From a candidate division FCPU426 bacterium (GTDB lineage: Bacteria > Oederibacteriota > PGYV01 > Palsa-1178), in the NCBI GenBank assembly GCA_003159495.1, contig PLPI01000093.1:5833-48942 (forward strand): a stretch of 43,110 bases of DNA. Reading direction: 5' to 3'. The translations under genes were made by a program, and so were the position numbers. The notes under the pieces are model-generated. The model was not told the DNA's origin. It worked only from the letters and a program-made list of their open reading frames with translations, and searched no databases. Below, in pieces: positions 1 to 7,984 of this stretch (positions within the stretch are counted from its first letter, which is position 1; each line of letters opens with the position of its first letter).

Positions 1-1
1 G

Positions 2-439
2 CGCCATTGATGCAACTGTTACGACGCGGGCCTTTCCGCTTTTTTTCAGGACTGGCAGAAGTAAATTGGTGAGAAGAAACGGCGCCAGGTGGTTTACACC
101 GAATGTCCATTCAAAACCGTCGGCTGTAAGGGATCGTTTTCCGAACACCCCACCGGCGTTATTAATAAGCACGTCTATCTTTTTATATTTTTTTCTTATA
201 TCCGCAGCAAGTTTTCTGACATTTTTCAGGGCCGAAAAATCAGCCAGCATGAGGTCCACTGATTTACTGCCGCTTTTTGAAACCACATAATCCACGCCGT
301 CCTGCCCCCGTTTTTTGTCCCTTGCAACCATAACCACCCTGGCACCGAGTTTTGCCAGGCCAAGGCTTGTCTCCAGCCCGATACCGGAACTGGCTCCGGT
401 AACAACAACAGTTTTGCCTTTCATGATATTTTCATTCAT
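2..439 (-). CDS. Short-chain dehydrogenase/reductase (retinol-DH-like SDR), 3' end outside the window
   Basis: Not in the ORF track. Manual translation from ATG 439: MNENIMKGKTVVVTGASSGIGLETS...DVLINNAGG...FGVNHLAPFLLT (TGxxxGxG and NNAG motifs). GGAGG RBS upstream. Confidence 0.92.
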   Translation of the reverse strand, partial: MNENIMKGKTVVVTGASSGIGLETSLGLAKLGARVVMVARDKKRGQDGVDYVVSKSGSKSVDLMLADFSALKNVRKLAADIRKKYKKIDVLINNAGGVFGKRSLTADGFEWTFGVNHLAPFLLTNLLLPVLKKSGKARVVTVASMA

Positions 440-531
440 AACACCCTCCGGTTTAATTATTTGATATATTATACCATATTGACGCAGTCAAAACGGACAG
501 CGGAACGGAAAAATCTTAACATAACAAAAAC

Positions 532-560
532 TTGAAATCAGCCATTTCTGTGTGTATACT
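532..560 (+). promoter_or_regulatory. Putative sigma70 promoter
   Basis: TTGAAA (532-537), 17-bp spacer, TATACT (555-560), upstream of an AGGAG RBS and ATG 618. Confidence 0.6.
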
Positions 561-617
561 TTGTCAGTAATAAGCTGTTAAAAATCTTTCCACAGGGGCA
601 AAAAAGGAGATCAATTT

Positions 618-1859
618 ATGAAAAAGTTTTTGTTTTTGATTGTCATTTCCCTTTTTATGGTTTTTGCATTTATCATCGCCGGTTGTACCAAATCATCGCC
701 GACAACTGCCACAACCGCAACGATGACTCCGGACGCGGCACAGCAGACCCAGACCGCCGAAGCTCAGCTACCCACCAGCACGCCCACTATGACCCCAAAT
801 ATGACCGCCACTGAAGGCGCTGTTGAGACTAAAACTGCTGTTGCAATTCAGCCGACCTTAACCCAGACATATATAGCCCGGGTAAATGAAACGGCTACCG
901 CCAACGCAAACGCGTCGGCGACTGCGACTGCCCAGGCGCAGGAAACATCAATAGCGGTTGCACAGGAAACAGCCACAGCACAGGCGCAGCAAAATGCGAC
1001 ATATGCCGCCCAGCAGACCCAGACAGAGCAGGCCACAGAAACAGCGGTGGCACAGTTAACCGGGACAGCGGTTGCAAACCAGCCCGCCGCCACCCAGACA
1101 GCCGTAGCCCGGGCAAATGCAACGGCAACGGCACAGGCAAACGCCACGGCTACGGCAATAGCAAATTCACTGGGCACAGTATCCGGTACGGTTACGCTTC
1201 CAGGTACCAAACCCGGAGAAACTTATCAGGTGATACTAATCAAGAATATAACCGATGTGGCAAGCGGCTCGTCCAATATACAGGTGAGCGGCATTTTGAC
1301 CACAAACACAACAATTCCTTTTACAATAACCAATGTTCCGGCCGGTTCTTATTTTTTAATAGCGGCCACGATGAGTTCAAACGGCGCCCCGACATTTGGT
1401 GATTATGTAGGCGTCTGCGGCACCGTTTATCCGTCGTTCCCGTCGTCGGCGAATGTGGTTATTACCGGCGGTAACACAACCACAGACAACATTACAGCCG
1501 CGGCAGTTTCAAAGGCAATCAGCGGCACTATAACACTTCCCTCGCCAGTCGTAACCGCTCCGGTTAATTTCCAGGTAATGATATACACCAGCCAGCAGTC
1601 TTTTACGGACGGTTCGCAGATGTTTTCCGACGGCGGTACGCTGGGCGGCACAGGCGGACAGATAACCAGCCAGAGCGCCACCTACACAATTCCCCTGCTT
1701 CTTCCGGGGACATATTACCTGGAAGCATGGGTTGATATGAACGGCGGTTCAAATATAATGGCCGGAGATTACGTATACAGTACTACAATTACCATAGGTA
1801 ATCCAATAAGCGATATGGCGGGCGATATTACGCTTACGGGTTCAAACGTACAGCCGTAA
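618..1859 (+). CDS. Lipoprotein with Ala/Thr/Gln-rich stalk and two tandem Ig/transthyretin-like beta domains
   Basis: Lipobox IIAGC after a hydrophobic helix; TATAQA-type repeats; duplicated [V/I]SGT[V/I]TLP...G[S/T]Y[F/Y]L.A...GDYV module. Confidence 0.8.
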   Translation: MKKFLFLIVISLFMVFAFIIAGCTKSSPTTATTATMTPDAAQQTQTAEAQLPTSTPTMTPNMTATEGAVETKTAVAIQPTLTQTYIARVNETATANANASATATAQAQETSIAVAQETATAQAQQNATYAAQQTQTEQATETAVAQLTGTAVANQPAATQTAVARANATATAQANATATAIANSLGTVSGTVTLPGTKPGETYQVILIKNITDVASGSSNIQVSGILTTNTTIPFTITNVPAGSYFLIAATMSSNGAPTFGDYVGVCGTVYPSFPSSANVVITGGNTTTDNITAAAVSKAISGTITLPSPVVTAPVNFQVMIYTSQQSFTDGSQMFSDGGTLGGTGGQITSQSATYTIPLLLPGTYYLEAWVDMNGGSNIMAGDYVYSTTITIGNPISDMAGDITLTGSNVQP

Positions 1860-1871
1860 CAGCGTCTGGCA

Positions 1872-1909
1872 AAACAAAAAAGGCGGCCGAAAGGCCGCCT
1901 TTTTTGTTT
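1872..1909. terminator. Bidirectional rho-independent terminator
   Basis: AAACAAAAAAGGCGGCC-GAAA-GGCCGCCTTTTTTGTTT between convergent genes. Confidence 0.9.
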
Positions 1910-2065
1910 ATATATCAAACATAATATTCCCCGATTAAAATATTATCCTTTGTACCCTTCACATCATCCTGTTCGCCATGTTTTCATGAAAGCGTTTGCA
2001 GGTTTCTGATTTTACAAATAGAGCGCATACGCAGCGTATTTTCCATGTTGTTCAGCCCTCTTTTA

Positions 2066-2464
2066 TTAGATCAGATCATTTTTATCCGGAACATATTTTC
2101 CCAGCTTTTTAATGTCATTCTCTTCAATCACAATAATATCCATGCCTGTTTCATACCGGCCGTCCGGGGTTGTTTTTGACCACTGGACCTTGCACAGGGT
2201 ATGCACCGGTTTTTTTAAATTGGTGCTTTTGCCCTTCAAATCCAGCTCAAGCTCGATTATATCGCCCGCTTCGTGCTTTTGGTTTGTCAACATTCCCGCC
2301 CCGTTGACGGAAATATTGGTTATTTCCGCCGTAAAAAAATCAGCCTTATTGTCAGGAACATTTCCGTCAAGCACCCTGTATCTTGCCGTTATATCCAGTT
2401 CACCGCGCGATTCACCGCGTTTATCAAAGCCGCCCGACATGACAACCTCCATTTTTGAAACCAA
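2066..2464 (-). CDS. PilZ-domain protein (c-di-GMP receptor); start more likely at 2440
   Basis: RxxxR (KRGESR) and NxSxxG (NISVNG) motifs, plus a C-terminal VQW...YETGM beta-barrel pattern. Confidence 0.88.
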   Translation of the reverse strand: MVSKMEVVMSGGFDKRGESRGELDITARYRVLDGNVPDNKADFFTAEITNISVNGAGMLTNQKHEAGDIIELELDLKGKSTNLKKPVHTLCKVQWSKTTPDGRYETGMDIIVIEENDIKKLGKYVPDKNDLI

Positions 2465-2486
2465 TTTGAGATATAAAGCCGTACAG

Positions 2487-4913
2487 TTATTTATCCCTTA
2501 ATATAATAACTTCCCCGGTGCAGGCGGCCCTTCCGATACCATCCGTCCCGGAGGCAATTAAACGGAACAAATATAAACCGTTTGCAAGGGATTCAAAATT
2601 ATTTGATTCCATCATAACCGCATTATCACCCGCGTAATAATTCCCGTCAAGTTCAATCCTTCTTATCAGCCTGAAACCAGTTGTGTAAAGGTTAAACTTA
2701 ACCGCGCCGCAGTCCCTTGTTACATTAAAACCGATGCCCATTTCCCCGTTCCTTGAAGGGTTAAACGGATTCGGGTACGGCCTAACATCCGATAATATAA
2801 GCGCCGACGGCTGCGTCGCCACGGTCTGCGTCGCTGTTGCCGTCGGAAGCCAGGTCACAATGTATGTGTTCGTTGCCTGCGGTGTTTGTGTGCAAGTTCC
2901 GGTAGATGCCGGGGTGGCGGTTCCTGTTGATGTGAAAGTATTTGTTGAAGTAAATACCGGCGTACTGGTTAAAGTTGATGACGCAGAGGCTGTTAAAGTT
3001 AATGTTATTGATGGCGTTGGCGTGTATGTATTTGTCGGCGATGCGCAGCCATCAAGTATCGCCTCTCCAAACCCGCTTGTGTCCTCCCAGTCATCAGGAT
3101 TTCCGTTCCACATCAGAACCCCGTTACGGGTTGGGCCGCATGTCTCATTGTGGTCGACCGCCGCATCAAACCCGATGGCCAGCGAAGGCGATGGTATCTT
3201 CCCGATGTCGCTCCATAATATTTTAAACTCGGCAGAATATCCATTTGCGGTCTGGTAGGTAGCGGCGGTTGTGCCGCCAAGATGTCCGTATACCTCGCGC
3301 GCCACCGGATCGCCGTATCTTATTGAAAATTCAAAATCACCTGCGCCGTAAGTTGTTGCGTGGTCGTTGTCGGCGTTTATATAAACTTCAACAGCGTCGT
3401 CCTCCGGCCAGTCGGCTGCGGGGTTTGAATTGCAAAGCACGGGGTCAGTCACGTTTACCCCAACATACAGCGCCGCAGCGTCCCATTTAACCATAAAATT
3501 CGCGCTTACCCCTCCTGCCGAGCCTTCCGTAACCCTTGTGACACCGGTCCATGTTCCGCCCTGCCAGCCGGCATCATTTAAGTTCCCGTCTATTACAAAA
3601 GCCGTTCCCCGGGCGCAGCCTGCGTAAACCACCCCTGATGTCTGCACAGGCGTAGCGGTAAAAGTCTGAGTGGCTGTCCGGGTCGCCGTCTGCGCAGGCG
3701 GTGTTCCGGTTATTGCCGCCGTCGGGGTATTTGCCGGCGAAGGCGTAATGCATGGCGGCTGTGTCACAGCCGCAAGCCAGGCCATTACATCCGCTCCGTG
3801 GCATGATGTAGGGGTATATGTCCAGTCCTTTATAAGGCTGGGGCTTGAATATGGATTTAAGTCCCATGCAGTGGCGCTGTACATATAATCCGCGTTGTTT
3901 CCCCCGTCAAGCCATGAAATTAAACCGGATTCAAACGGGTTGCACCCGCTGTCATCCCAGCCGCAGCAGTTGCCTTCGGCGTTCGTACCCGACATCAGGG
4001 ATCCGAATTCCCCGACAAATACGCAATACCCCGCGTTCACGGCGGCGGTAATATATTCATCCCAGCTTGGAGCGTCATTATTGCCGGGGTTTCCGTAATA
4101 TACATGGGCGTCATACGCTATACCATAGCCGGTCATGGTGTTTCCCGTATTTGTGTCTGTTAAGGCGTTGCCCGGTATTCCTGTCAGGTCATGGCACCAT
4201 TGCAGGCCTGCAGCAATGACTATATTCTTTGCGCCTGTATCGCGGATGGCCTGCAGCATGGTCTGGTAGCCCGGGCTGATAAAACTTCCGGTCCAGCCGC
4301 CGTCACGCCACACGCTCCAGGGCATATAAGTCGGCTCATTATAAAGGCCGAACAAAACAGCGGGATTATTTCCGAATGTCGAGGCAAGGCTCTGCCAGAA
4401 TACTAGGGCATTCATGTCGGCCATTGCCGGGCCAAGCACCTGCACAGAAGTGGATGTGCCCCAGGCGGCCATGCCTGACCAGTGCAGGTCAAGGATAACA
4501 TAACAATTAAGGCTGGAAGCGGCGTTTACCATATTGGCAACGTAGGCCCTGTAATTATCCTGGTTTGTCAGGTTCTGTGTGGCGGATGAGGATGTTACCC
4601 CGTTGCTGTATCCAAACCAAAAATCCTGGTTTAATGGTATCCGGACGATATTCGCTTTCCACGTGTTAACCGCCACATTTATTGACTGTGTCATGTCACC
4701 GCTCGGGCTGGCCAGGCCGGCTCCGTCAGCTTCCCATTCCAGCCCGTCCACATTCACGCCTGCAAGCCTGACCGGACAGCCGGTGGAGGCGTTTACAAAC
4801 TGGTTTCCCGAAACCTCAAGTTGCGCAGGCGCGGCAAAGATGGATGCCGCCGAAAACAATAAAAAGAACACCGCGTATATTGCTGAAATATTTTGCGCCT
4901 TTTTCATCCGCAT
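2487..4913 (-). CDS. Secreted GH5 glycoside hydrolase (cellulase-like) + CBM9/DOMON-like domain + Thr-rich linker + C-terminal sorting domain
   Basis: Signal peptide; NIVRIPLN, ILDLH, LYNEP (acid/base), HVY, FVGEFG (nucleophile); IDGNLND..W / WD...LYVGVNVTD / DAVEVYI (CBM9-like); YPNPFNP tail. Confidence 0.92.
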   Translation of the reverse strand: MRMKKAQNISAIYAVFFLLFSAASIFAAPAQLEVSGNQFVNASTGCPVRLAGVNVDGLEWEADGAGLASPSGDMTQSINVAVNTWKANIVRIPLNQDFWFGYSNGVTSSSATQNLTNQDNYRAYVANMVNAASSLNCYVILDLHWSGMAAWGTSTSVQVLGPAMADMNALVFWQSLASTFGNNPAVLFGLYNEPTYMPWSVWRDGGWTGSFISPGYQTMLQAIRDTGAKNIVIAAGLQWCHDLTGIPGNALTDTNTGNTMTGYGIAYDAHVYYGNPGNNDAPSWDEYITAAVNAGYCVFVGEFGSLMSGTNAEGNCCGWDDSGCNPFESGLISWLDGGNNADYMYSATAWDLNPYSSPSLIKDWTYTPTSCHGADVMAWLAAVTQPPCITPSPANTPTAAITGTPPAQTATRTATQTFTATPVQTSGVVYAGCARGTAFVIDGNLNDAGWQGGTWTGVTRVTEGSAGGVSANFMVKWDAAALYVGVNVTDPVLCNSNPAADWPEDDAVEVYINADNDHATTYGAGDFEFSIRYGDPVAREVYGHLGGTTAATYQTANGYSAEFKILWSDIGKIPSPSLAIGFDAAVDHNETCGPTRNGVLMWNGNPDDWEDTSGFGEAILDGCASPTNTYTPTPSITLTLTASASSTLTSTPVFTSTNTFTSTGTATPASTGTCTQTPQATNTYIVTWLPTATATQTVATQPSALILSDVRPYPNPFNPSRNGEMGIGFNVTRDCGAVKFNLYTTGFRLIRRIELDGNYYAGDNAVMMESNNFESLANGLYLFRLIASGTDGIGRAACTGEVIILRDK

Positions 4914-5190
4914 CCCTTTAAATGGAATAGTATATATACATATTTTATCACTACTATTTTTGTTATCAAGAAGAAACCGGCCATTTACCGGATTTACCGG
5001 ATATTTAATTCAATGGATTGGCCTGCTGAATGCCGCGGTAATGGTATGTATTTGCGCTGGTATTTCACGGTAATGATAAGGTATGAATGTCAGGTTAAGA
5101 AAGTCACCTTCTTTACGTTTTCACATCTAAGTATTACGGCACTGCCGGAAAACCCGAAGCTGGTTTTATCCAGGGTATATGACAGTACCA

Positions 5191-5754
5191 TTACAGGGTT
5201 GGCGTTGCCTGAACAAACAAGGACCCGGTCGGTTCGGATATGGTATTGCCGCTACAATCAACCCATACTTTTGTCACCTTTAATACAACCGGAGTTGTTA
5301 TTTTATCAGCAATCGTAAACCATGACCCGCAACCTTCAATGAGCTGTATGTTGGGATTTGGGCAGTACGTTTCTGTGGATACTGCGTTTATGGTCGTTGT
5401 CGTACCGTCGGTTACAATGGAATTGAATTTGAAGGCAATATTGGCGCTGATATACGAATCCACATTCCCGACCAGCGTCTTTGACGTATAATCAATTGCG
5501 GGAGGCGCGTTAACCGGCGTAATACGATTGTCAGCCACATACGCGTCATAATCAGACCGGCTGTTTATCAGGACCAGTCCGTCTTTTTGCTGGGCCGGCA
5601 CGCATAAGTGCAGGTCTACGGGTGTTAAGTTTAATACTGTATTAACCGGGGTATTGACAGGCGTGGGATTTGACGGATTCCCTTTCTGCAGGCATCCGGA
5701 TACAATTGTTAAAAACAACGCAAAAAAAATTATTGAAAATTCTTTTATTTTCAT
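5191..5754 (-). CDS. Hypothetical lipoprotein (possibly PrcB C-terminal-like domain)
   Basis: Lipobox VSGC; LVLINS..DY...PPAIDY.SKTLV pattern; GGGG RBS. Confidence 0.7.
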   Translation of the reverse strand: MKIKEFSIIFFALFLTIVSGCLQKGNPSNPTPVNTPVNTVLNLTPVDLHLCVPAQQKDGLVLINSRSDYDAYVADNRITPVNAPPAIDYTSKTLVGNVDSYISANIAFKFNSIVTDGTTTTINAVSTETYCPNPNIQLIEGCGSWFTIADKITTPVVLKVTKVWVDCSGNTISEPTGSLFVQATPTL

Positions 5755-5870
5755 TATTGCCCCCCTAAAACCATATTTTATTTCTTAAAATTCAGACAAT
5801 ACGCAATTCATAAAGTTACGGCCTAAATTTAAGAAAGATTTCCCGGGCGTCAATGCTATGCCCCGGCAGT

Positions 5871-6344
5871 CTATTTATTTAAATAAAAGACCCCGACATT
5901 TAAATAGGCGGCAAAACTTACCCATAATAAATACGGCATCATCATTATCGATGCCGGTTTTGATATCTTCCAGAAAAGTATCACACAGGCCAGAATCGAA
6001 ACCCACATCGCGGTTATTATAAAAATCGGTATTAAAGTCGTCCGTCCCCCGAAAAATACCACTGACCAAAGGGTATTTAAAATCAGCTGGGCCGCGAAAA
6101 CAAAAACCGCGGTTTTTACACCCTCAGCCGCAAAACCCTTTTTTACCACAAGAAAAACCGCAACGGCCATTAACGTGTAAAGCAGGCTCCATACCGGCCC
6201 GAATATCCAGTTGGGAGGATTTAGCGGCGGCTTCACGAGCCCAGCGTACCATGTTGGTATCGACTGAAAAGTGAATATTGTCCCTATGGCCCCCGCCGCG
6301 TAACATAAAACAAGACATGACACGAATACAAGAAAATTTTTCAT
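5871..6344 (-). CDS. tspO: TspO/MBR family tryptophan-rich sensory protein
   Basis: WYAGLVKPPLNPPNWIFGPVWSLLY, LNTLWS..FF, PYLLWVSFAAYLN. Confidence 0.96.
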   Translation of the reverse strand: MKNFLVFVSCLVLCYAAGAIGTIFTFQSIPTWYAGLVKPPLNPPNWIFGPVWSLLYTLMAVAVFLVVKKGFAAEGVKTAVFVFAAQLILNTLWSVVFFGGRTTLIPIFIITAMWVSILACVILFWKISKPASIMMMPYLLWVSFAAYLNVGVFYLNK

Positions 6345-6437
6345 TCATTCCCCTCCCGTTTTTTGGAAAAACCCGGCTTTTTACCGTCCATCGTCCGGAT
6401 AAAAAGCCTCAATCAAGCTCCTGCCCCGCCATCCAAT

Positions 6438-7271
6438 TTAGAAAGTCACCCCAAAGTCAAACCCGAGGCTTAACGGCCTTTGTTTTATTCCGGGGTAGAT
6501 GTCCATTAAACTGTACTGAACTTCCGGCCCAAAGGTCAGCCCCCACTTTCCGAACAGCACATGCATCCGATACTCAAAATGGAGTCCCGCGTCATATCCC
6601 GGCATCTTTGACATGTCATAACCCATAAAATAAGCCTGTCTGGTTAACTTTGGCGCGAAATAAAACCCGGCGCTCAATATCGGCTTCAAAGGGGTTGAAT
6701 ACCCGAACTTGAAACCCAGCGCAAACGGTATATTGGCAAACTCCTCGGAATAATCAAGATTTTCGGCAAATTTTATCATCACCCCGGTCTCCAGTACAAA
6801 GTAATCATTCAGGTGGTAAAATATATATGCCCCGCCCCCGTATGAAGCTGTAACGCTCATCTCAGAACCGCTGCCGGGGTAAAGATTCAATCCGCCGTGC
6901 ATGAGGATGTCGAAAGTCAGCGGGTAAAAATTTAAATTCCTGAAACCCATGGTCTGCTCGCCAAGGCTGTCTTCCAGTTCTTTAAGCCCGGGTTTTCCAT
7001 TGATGCCATACGCTGTTTTTATATAATCGAATGCGGCCTCATAGTTGTTAAGTTTTATATTTGCGCGGCCCGAAGCCTCAAAAGCAGCCGCGTTGCCCGC
7101 GTCAATGTAAATTGCTTTTTCATAAGCAACGATAGCCCGGTCAAAATATCCCGCCGCAGCCAGTTTGTTCCCGTAAGATACCCATTGCTCGCTTAATCCT
7201 GCATTGTCAGCCGCTCCGGCAAAAACCGAAAGGCACAGCATCGCCCCGGCTATGAAAAGGAGGCGCCTCAT
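6438..7271 (-). CDS. TPR-containing outer-membrane beta-barrel protein
   Basis: Signal peptide; TPR (GYFDRAIVAYEKAIYID); alternating aromatic beta strands ending GFDFGVTF with a terminal Phe. Confidence 0.75.
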   Translation of the reverse strand: MRRLLFIAGAMLCLSVFAGAADNAGLSEQWVSYGNKLAAAGYFDRAIVAYEKAIYIDAGNAAAFEASGRANIKLNNYEAAFDYIKTAYGINGKPGLKELEDSLGEQTMGFRNLNFYPLTFDILMHGGLNLYPGSGSEMSVTASYGGGAYIFYHLNDYFVLETGVMIKFAENLDYSEEFANIPFALGFKFGYSTPLKPILSAGFYFAPKLTRQAYFMGYDMSKMPGYDAGLHFEYRMHVLFGKWGLTFGPEVQYSLMDIYPGIKQRPLSLGFDFGVTF

Positions 7272-7858
7272 AACTTAGCCTCCTGCGCGGATTTTACGTA
7301 ATCATTGTAAAACCGCCTGATATTGTCGATGTTATCCCGGGTGAAATCAAATTCCTTCGTATCCGCGGGGCCGCCTTCAATTACCGGAGAGACAAATATT
7401 AGCTTTATTGAATCCGCATTCACAAGCCTGAGAAGCTGCGGCGGCGTCAACAGGCCGTAGATGAACATCGTCGTGCTGGGCCCGGTGGCGCCTGTCACCG
7501 TGCTGCCGCTCATGCTTATGCTGCCGTCGTACTTGTTGCAGATGTGGTATTTTCTTTGTTTTATATAAAAACCGCCGCTGCCGTTTATAACCACCCGTAT
7601 GCCGTTTGACCTGTCAATGTCAAAATCGGTTCCGTTCAGGGAGTAAATTATGTCAACTCCGTAAAAATCATCCTTTCCGTAGCTCCTCTTATTCAGATCA
7701 AAGGAGCATCTGTCGCCGCCCTGATACAGCTGGTTGCCGTACATGGCGGTCATATCAAAAATTCCGTATTTTGATTTATTGATGCTGTAAAAACTGCATC
7801 CGGACAGCATGACAACCGCCAGCAATGATATAAATAATTTTTTCAAACCCTTACCCAT
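7268..7858 (-). CDS. Hypothetical lipoprotein
   Basis: Lipobox LSGC; 4-bp ATGA overlap with the downstream barrel gene. Confidence 0.75.
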   Translation of the reverse strand: MGKGLKKLFISLLAVVMLSGCSFYSINKSKYGIFDMTAMYGNQLYQGGDRCSFDLNKRSYGKDDFYGVDIIYSLNGTDFDIDRSNGIRVVINGSGGFYIKQRKYHICNKYDGSISMSGSTVTGATGPSTTMFIYGLLTPPQLLRLVNADSIKLIFVSPVIEGGPADTKEFDFTRDNIDNIRRFYNDYVKSAQEAKL

Positions 7859-7984
7859 ATTTTACCCACCCCGTGGCATCCATTTTTTATCATTATATCA
7901 TAACATGTTGAAGTCGCAAGTCTCAAATCAGGAACTAACCCCGTCGTCCGCCCGCATCCAACCCGAAACCGGGAAACAAAAATT

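Noticed and set aside
4983-5001. ATTTACCGG tandem duplication upstream of GH5
   Set aside because: Only two units and not seen upstream of the other CAZymes; too weak to call an operator.
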